Shown: piece after piece, positions 1-12,459 of the stretch
Numbering within the stretch: position 1 is the first letter of the stretch
Layout of the letters: each line of letters opens with the position of its first letter
From: Octopus sinensis
Taxonomy: Eukaryota
Assembly: GCF_006345805.1 (NCBI RefSeq)
Contig: NC_043015.1
Coordinates: 14,384,001 to 14,448,000, forward strand
DNA length: 64,000 bases
Direction: 5' to 3'
Position numbers and translations under genes: made by a program
Notes under the pieces: generated by a model
Database searches by the model: none
Told to the model about the DNA's origin: nothing
What the model saw: only the letters and a program-made list of their open reading frames with translations

Positions 1-577
1 TTGTTTCCCATTCAAACTCCTCCAGCCTCTGGAATGTCATCCTCGCTGTATGTAGACTAATCATAAACCACCAACATCAGTTGTCAAGCGATGGTGGGTG
101 TACAAACACAGACACACAAAACACATACACACACAATTATATATATATATATAGTTACAAATTGAGATAGGGGTTGTAAATGCAACCCTCCATGGGATAA
201 CATATATCCAATATACTGCTAGTGAAGTACCCAACAAAGTTAATACATAAATGTTAAGGATTGCGATGCAATCAATTCATTTACTGTATTATATGGGCAA
301 AGGTAAAATGATTTACCACAAATTACTAATACAAGATAAGAAAATGGAGAAATACATCTAAATCAAATATCAATTATCAGATAATACTCAATCACATACT
401 TTATTAAACCACCACATAAGAGACTGTAGGGTTAAACATAAAAAAGCAGAACAAATCAGTGTACACAAAGGAATGTACATAAAAAAGTGTACATAAAAGA
501 GTAATGTTGTATAATAAGTAGAATATATATAAAAAAGAGAATATAAATATAAGTAAATATAAATATAAGTATAGATT

Positions 578-708
578 ACACCTTACAGCTGTTTCGGCCA
601 TGTAGATAAGAATGTCTCATTTTACCAATATTAGCCTTTTATGGTGGGTCAATATATGGATATAAATGAGACATTTACAAAAGTATCATAAAGCCTCTTC
701 GGAGGTAT
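578..708 (-). ncRNA. Type I hammerhead ribozyme motif (Penelope-type) with long stem II insertion
   Basis: Minus strand reads atacct-CCGAAGA-ggct...(~95 nt)...ggcc-GAAA-cagctg-UA-aggtgt. Stem I atacct/aggtgt pairs fully (one G-U), and stem III is the palindrome acagctgt. Confidence 0.65.
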
Positions 709-1708
709 ACGTATACATATGAGTGCATATACTCACACTCCTATACATATAAAAATATACATATACATAATAATGTAAATAAATAATATAAATTAGTTTA
801 CATATATATGTTCCACATCCAATGTTTCAGTTTTTCAACTTAATATTGTGATAATAAACATACACATATTAGTACCTAGATGCAAATATACATAGTCAAT
901 AGTACATTATATTACTTCCTACTAATTTCCAAAGTGTCATTAAAGTTAGCATCATTATCGTTATCAATACCATTAATGCTACCATCATTATCATTCATAA
1001 TATTGTTAATATCGCTTACGTTAGGACCCAAAGTGGCACATATGTATGTCCGGGTTCCATTTAGTAATTTTCCTTATGACATAAATACACTATTGGATTT
1101 GAATTTAAATTATCATTGTCTTCCTCATGGTTGGTCCGTTGAGAGCCGCCCCCACACTGCACAAGAAAAACATACACAACCACATCCAACCCTAAACCCA
1201 CACATCCACATAAAGACCCACATACACATGCACACACACACGAGTAAACCCCGACACATCGCTACACATTCACTAGATTGCAGAGTGCATGTCTGTCATC
1301 GCATGGCTTATAGACAAATCAGTACAGGCCGCAGTGTCTATACACTAACACACACACTCACACGCACATCCGCATATACTCATAGATATTAATACAATCT
1401 CATATACTGTATCAGGGAACATTCGCACACACATATATACATATTTAAATATATGTCTGTGCACTGAAACATACAAATAAAACCTATACTTATATCCACC
1501 CATGAATAAATGTTTGCATATACATATATACATATCCAGGTACTAAAATGTGTGTATATTTATTATCACAATATTAAGTTGAAAAACTGAAACATTGGAT
1601 GTGGAACATATATATGTAAACTAATTTATATTATTTATTTACATTATTATGTATATGTATATTTTTATATGTATAGGAGTGTGAGTATATGCACTCATAT
1701 GTATATGT

Positions 1709-1839
1709 ATACCTCCGAAGAGGCCTTATGATACTTTTGTAAATGTCTCATTTATATCCATATATTGACCCACCATAAAAGGCTAATATTGGTAAAATGA
1801 GACATACTTATCTACATGGCCGAAACAGCTGTAAGATGT
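1709..1839 (+). ncRNA. Second copy of the type I hammerhead motif (right arm of the inverted repeat)
   Basis: atacct-CCGAAGA-ggcc...ggcc-GAAA-cagctg-UA-agatgt. Stem II is perfect; stem I has one mismatch. Confidence 0.6.
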
Positions 1840-2090
1840 AATCTATACTTATATTTATATTTACTTATATTTATATTCTCTTTTTTATATATATTCTACT
1901 TATTATACAACATTACTCTTTTATGTACATTCCTTTGTGTACACTGATTTGTTCTGTTTTTTTATGTTTAACCCTACAGTCTCTTATGTGGTGGTTTAAT
2001 AAAGTATGTGATTGAGTATTATCTGATAATTGATATTTGATTTAGATGTATTTCTCCATTTTCTTATCTTGTATATATATATATATATAT

Positions 2091-3013
2091 CCTGATGGAA
2101 GAACACTTTTTGTCTTGAAACCAAAGATGGTTGTTTTTCTTCAAGCACTGACTTAAGCAGCTCAAGTTGCTTGCAGCAGATCTCCTTTGTTACCATTTGG
2201 TTTGGGTTTAAAAGTTCAAAGTGGACTAAAACTTTCATATGCCACCAAACAGATAACAACACCTTATGTGGGTGAAGACCTTCTTTAGCCTGAGGTGCTG
2301 GTGTTTCTCCTTTCCCTACCCACTGTCTTTAGTGCTTGACATTTTTATAGAAAACCCATTTCTTGTCACCAGTCACTTTTTAGTCCAAAAGTGGTTCGTT
2401 CATGAGATGTGACCACAAAGAAGAACATACATTCACTCTCTGTGCGCGATTAGACTCGGAAAGTTTGTGAGGAACCCATTGATCGAATTTACTGACTTTT
2501 CTGATGTCACACAGGTGTCAAATGGTTGAATGACCAAATCTAAGCACCTCTTCTAGTTCCTCACCAGTTATGATGGGATTTTGTTCCGCCAGGGTTTGCA
2601 AGACGTCCTCATGAAGCTCTACAGATCTTCCAGGATGAGGGTTGTCTTCTAGGCTATAGTTTCCAGCTTGGAATTTCTGGAACCACCACTGACACTGGTT
2701 TATGCTTATTGTCCAATCCCCATATACTGCATTAATATTCCTCGCACTTTCTGTTGTGCTGTTGCCTTTATTGAACTCTGAACTCATAAAGCGAAATATG
2801 CCAAATATGTTCCTCTGTCATTTCCATTAAAGCTTTGAAAAACAACTGATAAAAATCGAACTGCACTCTTCAAAACTTGCACTAAGAATAAGGACAAAGT
2901 AAAATTACTACCTGTTTTTATAGCAAGTTGATGTAGACAGTTTATCCCATCCCCCTCCAACTTTTAGTTCATGCAATTGAAAAAGTCCACATTATTTATG
3001 GGATGACCCAAAA
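2091..3013 (-). mobile_element. Decayed, internally deleted and 3'-truncated mariner (Mos1-like) transposon
   Basis: ORF 2518-2787 (FNKGNSTTESARNINAVYG...QWWFQKFQAGNYSLED...GRS) is a mariner HTH region. ORF 1996-2262 contains the LLNPNQ...KVFFHQD catalytic-region segment. A TA-flanked terminus lies near 3013. Confidence 0.85.
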
Positions 3014-3547
3014 TATATATATATATATATTGCACACACACTCACACACACATATATAACCTCCCAATCATATTGTTTCTGGTTCATTCCTACTGTTTGG
3101 CTCATTGTCTTCTACTACAGCCCAAAGCATATATACTGTGAGTGGAATAAATAGACAAGAGACTGAAAGGCTGTCATATGTATATATAAAGTACACACAC
3201 ACAAATGGAGGTGGGTAAGGGGGAGGAGTTGAATGAGGGGAGGGGAGACTGGAAGTGGAGGAGGGAGAAATGGTGGGAAGGTGGAGCAACTGGGAGAGGT
3301 GAAAGAGGTGGAGAGGCTAAGGCAGGGTGGAGATAGAGAATATGGAAGAAGAGAAATAACAAAGGAGGAGAGGGGGGAGAAGAAGAGCGGTGAAGAATGT
3401 GGTGATAGCGGAAGTGGTGACGGCGAGAGAGGAGGAGGGAAGAGAAAATGTTAAGTTCATTCCAGCAAGTTTTAAACTTGACATACAAAGGGACACAACT
3501 GCATATTTTCATAACGTGAAAATATTCAGCCTATTTTTCCATTTACA

Positions 3548-3940
3548 GGTACAAGCGTAGCTGTGTGGTAAAAGTTTGGTGCCCAACTACAAGATTCCAG
3601 GTTCAGTCTCACTGCATGGCAACTTGGGCAAGTGTCTTCTATAGCTTCAAGCTGACCAAAGCCTTGTGAGTGAATTTAGGAGACAGAACTTGAAAGAAGC
3701 CAGTCATATATGTATATATCTATGTATGTTTTTTCTTTGTGGGTTTGTTCCTCACCACCACCTAAGAACTGGTGATGGTATGTTTACATCCCTGTAACTT
3801 AGTAATTTGGCAAAAGAGACCAACTGAACAAGTGCCAAGCTTTACTAAAAATAATAAGTTGGTAAGTTTGACTAAAATTCTTCAAGGTGGTACCTCAGCA
3901 TGGCGACAATCCAATGACTGAAAGAAGTAAAATATAAAAC
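3548..3940 (+). mobile_element. tRNA-derived SINE (Octopus OR-like family)
   Basis: Head gtagctgtgtggta...ggttcagtc, with the same body and tail as copies at 8005-8400, 44000-44288 and 54566-54972. Confidence 0.75.
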
Positions 3941-4335
3941 AACTATCCATGGTTAATTCTTACTAAACCACCTCCCTTTTCCTATCAACCCACCACACTT
4001 CATTACATAAATATGAAGAACAGCTCAACAAAAAGATGATTCTAATTCAACTGAAATGCAATCAACATCTTGAAGCAAAACCAACCACTGAGGAATATAG
4101 ACTTATGTAGAAAATTAAGTCGGTATAGATTATAGTTTTGACATGAAAAAAAAACACACTTTGATATGTAAGTGATATTCTTTCTGAAAACTCTCATGCT
4201 GATCCACAATAAGAACTTTATTGTTCTTAGTCTTAGTGTTGTTGAGAATATTTGGGAGAACTTAAAATTCTTGCCACCCATTTTCCTTCATTTTTCATGA
4301 TATTAAATAGTAATGAACTTATTATATACAGTACT

Positions 4336-4624
4336 CAGATCAGGTCAAAAATGTCGCTAGAAGCTAGGATCACCAAGCATAGATTGGCATATTTCGGTCA
4401 TATTATGCGGAGAAAATCCCTGGAGAAGGACATCATGCTCGGAATGGTCAGTGGCAAGAGAAGGAAGAGGCCGACCAAGAACCCGCTGGCTTGACACCAT
4501 CAAGAGTGATACCGGAACGGACATAGCCAATCTGAAAGAAGCGGCCCAGGATAGAACTGACTGGAGGACACTGATCCAACGAGTGACTGAGAGTCGACTT
4601 CGACTGAGCGGATAGATAGATAGA
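4336..4624 (+). mobile_element. 3' fragment of an RTE/BovB-like LINE
   Basis: Translates (one frameshift) as RLAYFGHIMRRKSLEKDIMLGMVSGKRRKG..W...LKEAAQDRTDWRTLIQRVTESRLRL, with a (gata)n tail. Confidence 0.85.
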
Positions 4625-4724
4625 CTCAGATGCACAACTCATCAAAAAGAGCAAGAAGAGCTGCATGAACAGTGCACAGAATATGCACAGGAAGTGAACA
4701 TTGAAAAAGCCTTTAAAGAAAAAA

Positions 4725-5045
4725 AGAAATGTGAGGTGCACATCATGGGGTGTACTATTGGTGAATTTCAGGAAACATGGAAGTTTTGAAGGATGTGGTG
4801 TCCCAACAGCAAACAACTGATGTATGTAATTTATTCCATGCTTCAACAATTCTGAGCGGGAAAAGATGTTTCTGAAAATCATGGGTGATGTGTTGTTTTT
4901 TGATTTTGTAAACATGCCCACAAGTGTTAGACATATGGAATTCAAAAGGGTCCCCAAATTTGTTGTCAGAAAGATGTTGGATAATCTTGTGGATGTCAAC
5001 CAAGTCAGTTGCCAGACACCAGAGTTTTAATGTATCCATGCACAA
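4725..5045 (-). mobile_element. 3' fragment of a CR1-type LINE, same family as 35994-38890
   Basis: ORF 4755-5045 NTCGHVYKIKKQ...FPLRIVEAWNKL matches the CR1 C-terminal TRGH...WNKLP motif of the 37208-38827 ORF. Confidence 0.85.
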
Positions 5046-5139
5046 GGAAGCAAGGTGTTAAGAAAATGTTTAATAATTCTTTTTTAGGAACAGTGAAACT
5101 CAAAGCAGATAAAGTTATCAATAATGAGTTATCAATGTA

Positions 5140-5359
5140 TGATGGGATGCTGAAAAGTTCCTGGCTTTGGGTAAAAGAAAATACAGGTGGATGAGTTAAT
5201 TATGATTTTTTTCAACATATTCCCCTCTCAGCAGTCCTACAGTTTTTCTGCAGCAGTCCTTCAGTTTTTCTAAACCCTGTAAAAGAACCCAGAAGGTTAG
5301 GCCTCCAGTCAGGCTTTTCACAACATCCTTAAAGTTAGGACTTTTCAGCACCTTCTCGT
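5140..5359. mobile_element. ~220-bp mariner-type MITE; further copies at ~33490-33705 and ~45625-45835
   Basis: Terminal inverted repeats gatgctgaaaagttcc / ggacttttcagcacc and shared internal sequence among the three copies. Confidence 0.7.
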
Positions 5360-5745
5360 GTATGTGTATGTATGTATATATATATATATATATATATACA
5401 CATGAAGGGAAGTCAAAAATTATCCACAATAACATATCTTAATTATTGTCCCATAGCCTTCTGTGCATATGTGCTTATAGTTGGTACCACTGTGCTCATG
5501 TGCTCAAAGTTTGAGCCTGATTCCACCATTTTTCTTTCTGGCAAAAGATAGCAGTCAATGTTTGTCCTTGATGAAGGTGTTTGCTTTTATAAATTCATAA
5601 TGCAATTTAATTGCATAAATATGGATTTAAGTAATAAATTGAAACATGCATAGGCAACATGAATTGACTATTAGAATAAATTAACAATGCATCCCAGCAT
5701 TGCCAGGGTGTTATGACCCACAAGCACATTGTATTATTCACTCCT

Positions 5746-5978
5746 AAGGCGGCGAGCTGGCAGAAACGTTAGCACACCGGGCGAAATATTCAGCGATATT
5801 TCGTCTGCCGCTACGTTCTGTGTTCAAATTCCGCCGAGGTCGACTTTGCCTTTCATCCTTTCAGGGTTGATTAAATAAGTACCAGTTACGCACTGGGGTC
5901 GATATAATCGACTTAATCCGTTTGTCTGTCCTTGTTTGTCCTCTCTGAGTTTAGCCCCTTGTGGGTAGTCAGGAAATA
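5746..5978 (+). mobile_element. tRNA-derived SINE (Octopus OK-like family) with 16-bp target-site duplication
   Basis: Head ggcggcgagctggcagaa...gttcaaattcc. TSD tgtattattcactcct at 5730-5745 and 5979-5994. Confidence 0.85.
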
Positions 5979-8004
5979 TGTATTATTCACTCCTTTCTTA
6001 TGGACAGAATCAGTACAGCTAATATATAGTTAATGGAACAATGGAATTTACTTTTTGTTTAATAGTGAAGGGTGAGGGTACAATTTGCATGGGTTTGCAT
6101 GAAAGTGCTTTGTGTTCTGAAGAAGGATCAGAAACTATGTATTGTTTAATAGTATAAAAGGAGGTTAATACAATTTTGTCCAGAAATCACTTTTTCAAAA
6201 TTTTAATTTCCCTCTATCCCCACTGCAATTTCTTAATAATTTAATTTTTCTTAAATAAACACTCAATGCCCCTTCCCTCACCTCATTACCTACCAGCTTT
6301 CAAAAAGCTAAAATCTCCCAATCTTTCACTTTGTCTGATGTTTCCCACATGCATAGAATTCTATGGAAATAGTAGACTTAAAAAATACCAGACCACCACC
6401 AGAAAACTTGACATGCTAAAAACGACAGGTAAGTGACATTATTTGTGAAGAAACTTCCCTGCTTTCCAAAAAGATAAAAGTGAAACATTGGGAGTGTGTA
6501 GCTTTTTGAAAGTGGTGAGGTGATAGATGAAATTCTTAAAGATTCGTACTCTCTGTTTTTTCTCCATGGATTACCAAGAATAAAAATTTGAAAAAAGTAA
6601 AAAATTAATTTGGTGTGGAGAGGGAGAAAATTAAAATATTGAGAATGTTTTTCGTGAGTGAAATCCTAATCTCCAGTATCGCAAACATAGGAATTGGAAG
6701 AAATTTAGGAAAAAAAATAAGGTGGGGGACAGAAATGTTACCTCAGATATGTTAGAAAGAAGAGGTAAAGGACAGGATTTCTGGGAAAACTTCCTTTTAA
6801 GTTTATATCAAAGATCAGGTTTTTAAATACGCTCAACACAACACAAATTACACAATAGAAAAAGATCATTTCAATTGGGTTTGAACTGCAAATTTGCACA
6901 TGCATACTGCAAGAATTAGCATATTTCACACAGAAGTTTTACCTAGAGTGTATGTATGCATGTGTGCATGTCAAAGGAAGTTATTTTATGGTAGTCTTTC
7001 ATTTGAAGAAGCAAAGTTGTCAACTCAACATATATGGAATCATATGATCGTTTGTTAATTTCTGTATACTTTGAAGAGAGCAGAAATTGAAAGAGAGGAT
7101 AAAGTGAAAAGACGACATTTGTTCTGAAGTGAGAGGAGAAAGTGTACGATGTATATGTATATGAAATGGACGGGTGTGTGTGAGAGGGAGTGATAGAGAG
7201 AGAGTGAGTGAAGGTGTGTTGTGATGTATGAAATTTTTTGCATGTATGTGCAAGTGGCACACACTCACTCTCTCTCTCACACACACACACATTATCTTTG
7301 ATATACACGTACATAAATAGGCAGAGGTAAAGTATATGCACACCACCTGTTTTTAGCATAACCTAACCCTAAACACTGGGAGTGCATATTCTTGACCTCG
7401 TGAGAGAGAGAATGAGGCTGTATTTCCTCATAACATATGGAAAAATTGATGTTTTTTTAATGCAATTTTTTTTTGGGGGGGGGGTATTTTAATACAATAT
7501 TTGTGTACATTTTCATAAATGCTTATCTGAGTAGAATTCTATGCATGTGTGAAACATCAGACAAAAGTGATACATTAGAAGCAAATCAAAATATTGTCCA
7601 TAAATGAACTCAAAATTGTGCGAACCAACCTAGTTGCCGAGGTTATTTTAGTTGTAAAAAATAACATGTCAAGTTTCGTTTAGTAGAGCATCAAATTATC
7701 TCTTATAACATTATTATTAAGAAATACATACTGTAAAAACCCATGTAATTTGTGTACCTGTGTAATTTATGCAGGTGATTTTCAGGATAAAATTTGTTAA
7801 AAAAAGCTTCTACTCATATAAAATTTGCACCCAAAAGTTTTCAGAATTACCGATGTAGCAGGGAAAAAAAGGTTTTCAATTTAGTTGTATTTAGCATAAT
7901 TTCCCTCACTTATGATTAGATTTAATTAAACTTTCATTAAATAAAAATAATTTCTGTTTAACAGGTATCACATTAAAAGTGTTTGTGTTGTTTATACTTT
8001 ATTT

Positions 8005-8400
8005 TTACTCTTTTACTTGTTTCAGTCATTTGACTGTGGCCATGCTGGAGCACCGCCTTTAGTCGAGCAAATCCATCCTATATTCTTTGTAAGCCCAGTA
8101 CTTATTCTATCAGTCTCTTTTGCCAAACTGCTAAGTTACGGGGACGTAAACACACTACCATCAGTTGTCAAGTGATGTTTGGGGGACAAATACAGACACA
8201 CAAACATATACACACACATACATATATACATACATATATACGACAGGCTTCTTTCAGTTTCCATCTACCAAATCCACTCACAAGGCTTTGGTTGGCCCAA
8301 GGCTATAGTAGAAGACACTTACCCAAGGTGCCACACAGTGGGACTGAACCCAGAACCATGTGGTTGGCAAGCAAGCTACTTACCACACAGCCACTCCTGC
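8005..8400 (-). mobile_element. tRNA-derived SINE (OR-like family)
   Basis: Minus-strand head gcaggagtggctgtgtggtaag...ggttcagtccc, near-identical to 54566-54972. Confidence 0.85.
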
Positions 8401-8539
8401 ACCTATAATAAACTTTACTTTACATTTCTTTCCCACAAGAGATTATGTCCGATCTTTAGCATACTACTGTATGTCTTCTCAAATCACTATCACAAGAAAA
8501 GTTGTTGATAAGAGTTACCAACAAAAACAAAGTTGATAA

Positions 8540-9070
8540 ATACGCACAGGTGTTGCAAATTAAGTTTAATTACCAATAAACATCAGCTTGGATGACACTT
8601 TACTCAAATGACAGAGGATGGTGACCGATCAAACTAATTATGTAAACAGAATTCTTTTCTGCCAATTCTTGTCAGAACCTTTGATACAGTGTATCGAAAT
8701 TTTAATCCCTTTCACACTTATAAAATGTCAAGTAAACTTAAAAGTTTGTCATTACCATTATTGTCAGTATGGGCAGAACTTATAAATCGTTTACTGCGAA
8801 GGAGAAATTAAATATGTTGAATATACATTTGAACATGGCAATAAAGCTCCCAGAAGGCATTTTAATGTTAATGAAGCCAATGTTTGAAATTGGTGTAAAC
8901 AGTACAACAAACATAAAACTGTGCCTAGTAATAAACAGACAAAAATAAAACCATACAATCAAGATTATCCATATCATTACATTTTTTTCAGTCAGGAATA
9001 TCCATATCACATTACGATAGGTAGAAACTCCAGGCAATATAAAATATGGCCCAGACCATGATACCCGCAT
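8540..9070 (+). mobile_element. Decayed pogo-type transposase N-terminus (Brinker-like HTH)
   Basis: Broken translation resembling YTAKEKL...EHGNKA.RRHFNVNEANV.NWCKQ near 8790-8910. Confidence 0.45.
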
Positions 9071-9616
9071 GATCATCGGACTTCAAAAAGTAGTCAACCA
9101 TTTAATGGTTTTAGCAAATTTACAGAAAAAGTAAGCATAATACTGTCCAGCATAAATAAAAGTCAACTTCATTATATTTAAGCCATTATTTTTTCTGTAT
9201 AAACTTATTCTGACATTAAATGGGTCAACTTCTGCTACAAATGTTTACATTTTGTACATCTTTTTTCAACAAAAATAATTTCTAAAAGAATTTTGGCAAT
9301 GATCTACTCATATAATTTATGCACCACTAAAGTTTATTTTTGTAAAAAAAATGCGTAAATTATGTGGGTTAGACCATCTCGTGGTCCTAGGAGACAAAAT
9401 AGAAAAGGTATTGCCCCAGAGGATTGTGAGGGAGATGAGCCAGAACAACCACTCTGATTCACAGGGCTCACACTTGCGGACAGCCATCTTCATGCTGATA
9501 GTGGTGAGCAGGGATATGGTCCAGGGCCGAGAACACTAGAGGTCCCTACTGCCACAGGCTCACCTATGTCAGTGAGTGAATAATATAAAAGCTGAGGCAG
9601 ATAATACTTTACTTAC

Positions 9617-9728
9617 CATCAATTTTGTTGGCAGCGCATAAACATGGAATATTAGGACGATGTTCTTGCAACTCATTCAGCCATTTGCTCAGATTTTTAT
9701 ACGTTATTTTTCTAGTCGCATCAAACAC
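9617..9728 (-). CDS. RABL2: RABL2 coding exon 5 (VFDATRKITYKNLSKWLNELQEHRPNIPCLCAANKID), includes the G4 NKxD motif
   Basis: Acceptor ctttccttag, donor gtaagt; 112 nt, phase 0 to 1; aligns by eye with human RABL2A VFDVQRKVTYRNLSTW...ANKID. Confidence 0.93.
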
Positions 9729-9959
9729 CTAAGGAAAGTAATACATACTCTAATGAGCAAATAACCATTTTCGTTGCGAGAAGATGGAGCAGTGCATATA
9801 GATTCTATAGGCCATCCTACTAAAGAGAACTTATTGTTTAGTCCTTTTAGAGGTATCTAGCTAAGGCAGTATTATTTAACCGTTTAGCATTCAGATTATT
9901 CTGTCAAATATAATGATTATTTATTCATATTGTTTTTAGTCAAATGCTCTGCTAATGTC

Positions 9960-10900
9960 AAGGGTAACAACATTACTTTCACAAAATTTCTCAAGTGTGA
10001 AAAAGTACTACAGTTTTGTAGTAAAAAGTAGTTGGAGTCTTACAAAAGTTATACGAGAAGTTACAGTGGAGATGAAACAACTGAAATTAATATAACTAGT
10101 CACTGAGGACCAATTATATCCCCTTTGAAATGCTGAAAGTAAGTAACACTAACAGGTCAGTAGTTGCTGGGTGAGAAAGGTTGGTTTCTTAGAGATTGAG
10201 CTTGTGTCATTTGATTTCAAAGTTACAGAAAAGAGAAAAGTTGAATGATTTGGTAAAGATAGGGGCCCACCTAAAAGATCTTTGTTTGAGTTGAGGGGTC
10301 AGGAGATTTCATGCTAAATCAGCAGAAAGTTCCAGTCCCCTGCTAAACTGTCTCTGAAGGGGTAAGTAGTAAAGAACATCTGCTGAATTAGAGAGGATTT
10401 TTGGCAAAAGAACAGAATATTAACTGAATTAGCTGACATGAAATGCAGGGCTTGAGCTGCTGAAAGTGTGTAGTAGGTTAATGTGAGGTGAATTGTTTTG
10501 ATTAGACAGAGATCAGATTGTCCAAAGGGACATAGGGACTGATAGCTAAATAAAAGTTAGATTTGAAATTAATAAGTACCATAGTATTTCAGGAACTGAT
10601 GTGTTAGTCACATACCAAATATATGAGAACACTAACTGACAGATGCTTCAGCCTCTGTACTGGAAGTGTCTGTAAAGGGTAAGTGAGAGAGAGACCAGAA
10701 TTGTGTACAGATGAATGATATGAGTTTTCACAAACTGTCTTGAACGCAGAACTAGAGATGATTGAATTGCTAGTGGTTGGAAGATTCTAACAATGCTAGA
10801 TATTGCAAATAGAAAAGGGAAACAGTCAGAAAACCTCATGAGTTTTTCATTAGAGTAATTTAATGCAGTCCTTGGTGCCATGTGGCAACTTGTGTACCTC
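9960..10900 (-). mobile_element. Highly decayed LINE endonuclease/linker remnant
   Basis: Only fragmentary similarity in broken minus-strand translations; family not resolved. Confidence 0.3.
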
Positions 10901-11380
10901 AATGACCCTGAGGGCTATACCAGCAGAGTATGAGCCCTAGGTAAAACCACCCATGTTTGCCAGGTCAAATGATAGAGCACAAATAAATATGGATCACCAC
11001 TTTCCAGAGGTGAAAATGAGTTTGCATAGGGCCAACACCCCACCTTGGAAAACAAAAGCAAAGTTACAGAGTAGCAATGGCAATTTAAAACCAACAAGAC
11101 CTGAGAGAGGAAAGCCTTCCCTTCAGGAAACATATGAGAGGACACCCTAAAAATAGCTGGACAAGGGATTATTGAGGCAGAACTGTTAAAGCAGGGATCC
11201 AACTGGAGAAAAGCAGAAAAGACGGCCCAGTGTAAAGAACTGTGGAAAAGATGTCATTTGAAGGGCTTAGGTAAGTAACATAATGCAAAGATAAATGTTT
11301 CAGATTAATACTCCATACCATTCTTGTTAGGCCCTGTATAAACTAAATACTCATGTGAGCAACAGTTGAATCAAACTTAC

Positions 11381-11460
11381 CATGATACAAGCATGTGCCT
11401 GATGGTAATATGATCTGTGTAAGGTACTGAATCTTTCTTGACCTGCAGTATCCCAGAAAT
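11381..11460 (-). CDS. RABL2: RABL2 coding exon 4 (DFWDTAGQERFSTLHRSYYHQAHACIM), G3 motif
   Basis: Acceptor tttgttgtag, donor gtaagt; 80 nt, phase 1 to 0; contains WDTAGQERF. Confidence 0.95.
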
Positions 11461-12459
11461 CTACAACAAATGAAGTGGAATATCAATAACTTTTGATAAC
11501 TTATGTTAAATGAAATTAGCAATAATTAACACTCCTATAACCGTGAAATGACAATTGTAAACATGCAAAAAAAAAATTATATTAAATGCAACAGAATGGT
11601 ATCTGACAATGATTAGAGAAAATACCAACCCAACAATGGCATGGAAACTGAAAAGATCTGAACAATGTTAGATCAATGAGGACTGGCTTGAGACTAAACA
11701 GTAACAACAATATAATTAACAAGAGTAATATGACTACTGCTGCCACCAAGACCCAATACAACACCACCACCACCACTAACCCACTAATATTTGAATAACC
11801 AATTAGCAATAACAATAAGTGTCAGCATGATAGCAATATCTGTAGCTACATATGTTGTAGGAACAGGACAATGGAGTGTGTCTGTGTGAGAGAGAGAGAG
11901 GGGGGGTAGAATGTGACATTTTAATAGCTTAAGTCAGCAGTGTAGGGGGCAAAGTACCTATGAACTTGGATACCCATCAACTAACTGAAATCACACGGTA
12001 CTTCCTCCCACCTTTTCATTTCATCATTTCCACTCTTTCGTTCAAAAGAATAAGACAACAAATCTTTTGCTCTCACAAAACAGTTCTTTCTTGGTGTTAA
12101 TTTTTAACTCCATATTCATCCATTGCTGCTGCTATTATTTAATTTACCTACAATGCAAGATGTTTGGAATGAACCCATCAAATGCAATTGAAGGCAGTAA
12201 TGTGGCACATAAAAAGCACTCAGCACACTCTACTAAGTGTTAGGAAGGGCATCCAGCCATAGAAACCATGCTACATCAGACAGTTGGAGTCTGGACAGCT
12301 CTCAGCTAGCCAGCTCTATGCCAAACAGTCCAACCCATGCCAGCATGGAAAGCAGACATTACACAATGATGATGATGATCTAATGTGATGCTTAAAATGA
12401 AGTGGCTCTTAACTGAATGAATTGAAAATCATATTCAATGTAAAGTGCCAATAAGCATA

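Larger units (their letters stand above)
329..2072. repeat. Long inverted repeat: arms ~329-881 and ~1534-2072 with ~650-bp spacer; arms resemble Penelope-like element terminal (pLTR) sequence
   Basis: Direct reverse-complement match, e.g. 361 aatcaaatatcaattatcagataatactcaatc vs 2010-2042, and 830-880 vs 1535-1590. Only scattered substitutions/indels by eye. Each arm carries a hammerhead motif. Confidence 0.9.

Noticed and set aside
1-55. Minus-strand MTFQRLEEFEWET as a possible last RABL2 exon
   Set aside because: No acceptor or upstream coding continuity; it abuts SINE sequence and the similarity is too weak.
6130-7570. Nested short inverted matches (6290-6335/6470-6520; 6330-6365/7530-7570)
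   Set aside because: These are real but short and diverged, consistent with old MITE debris; boundaries could not be defined.
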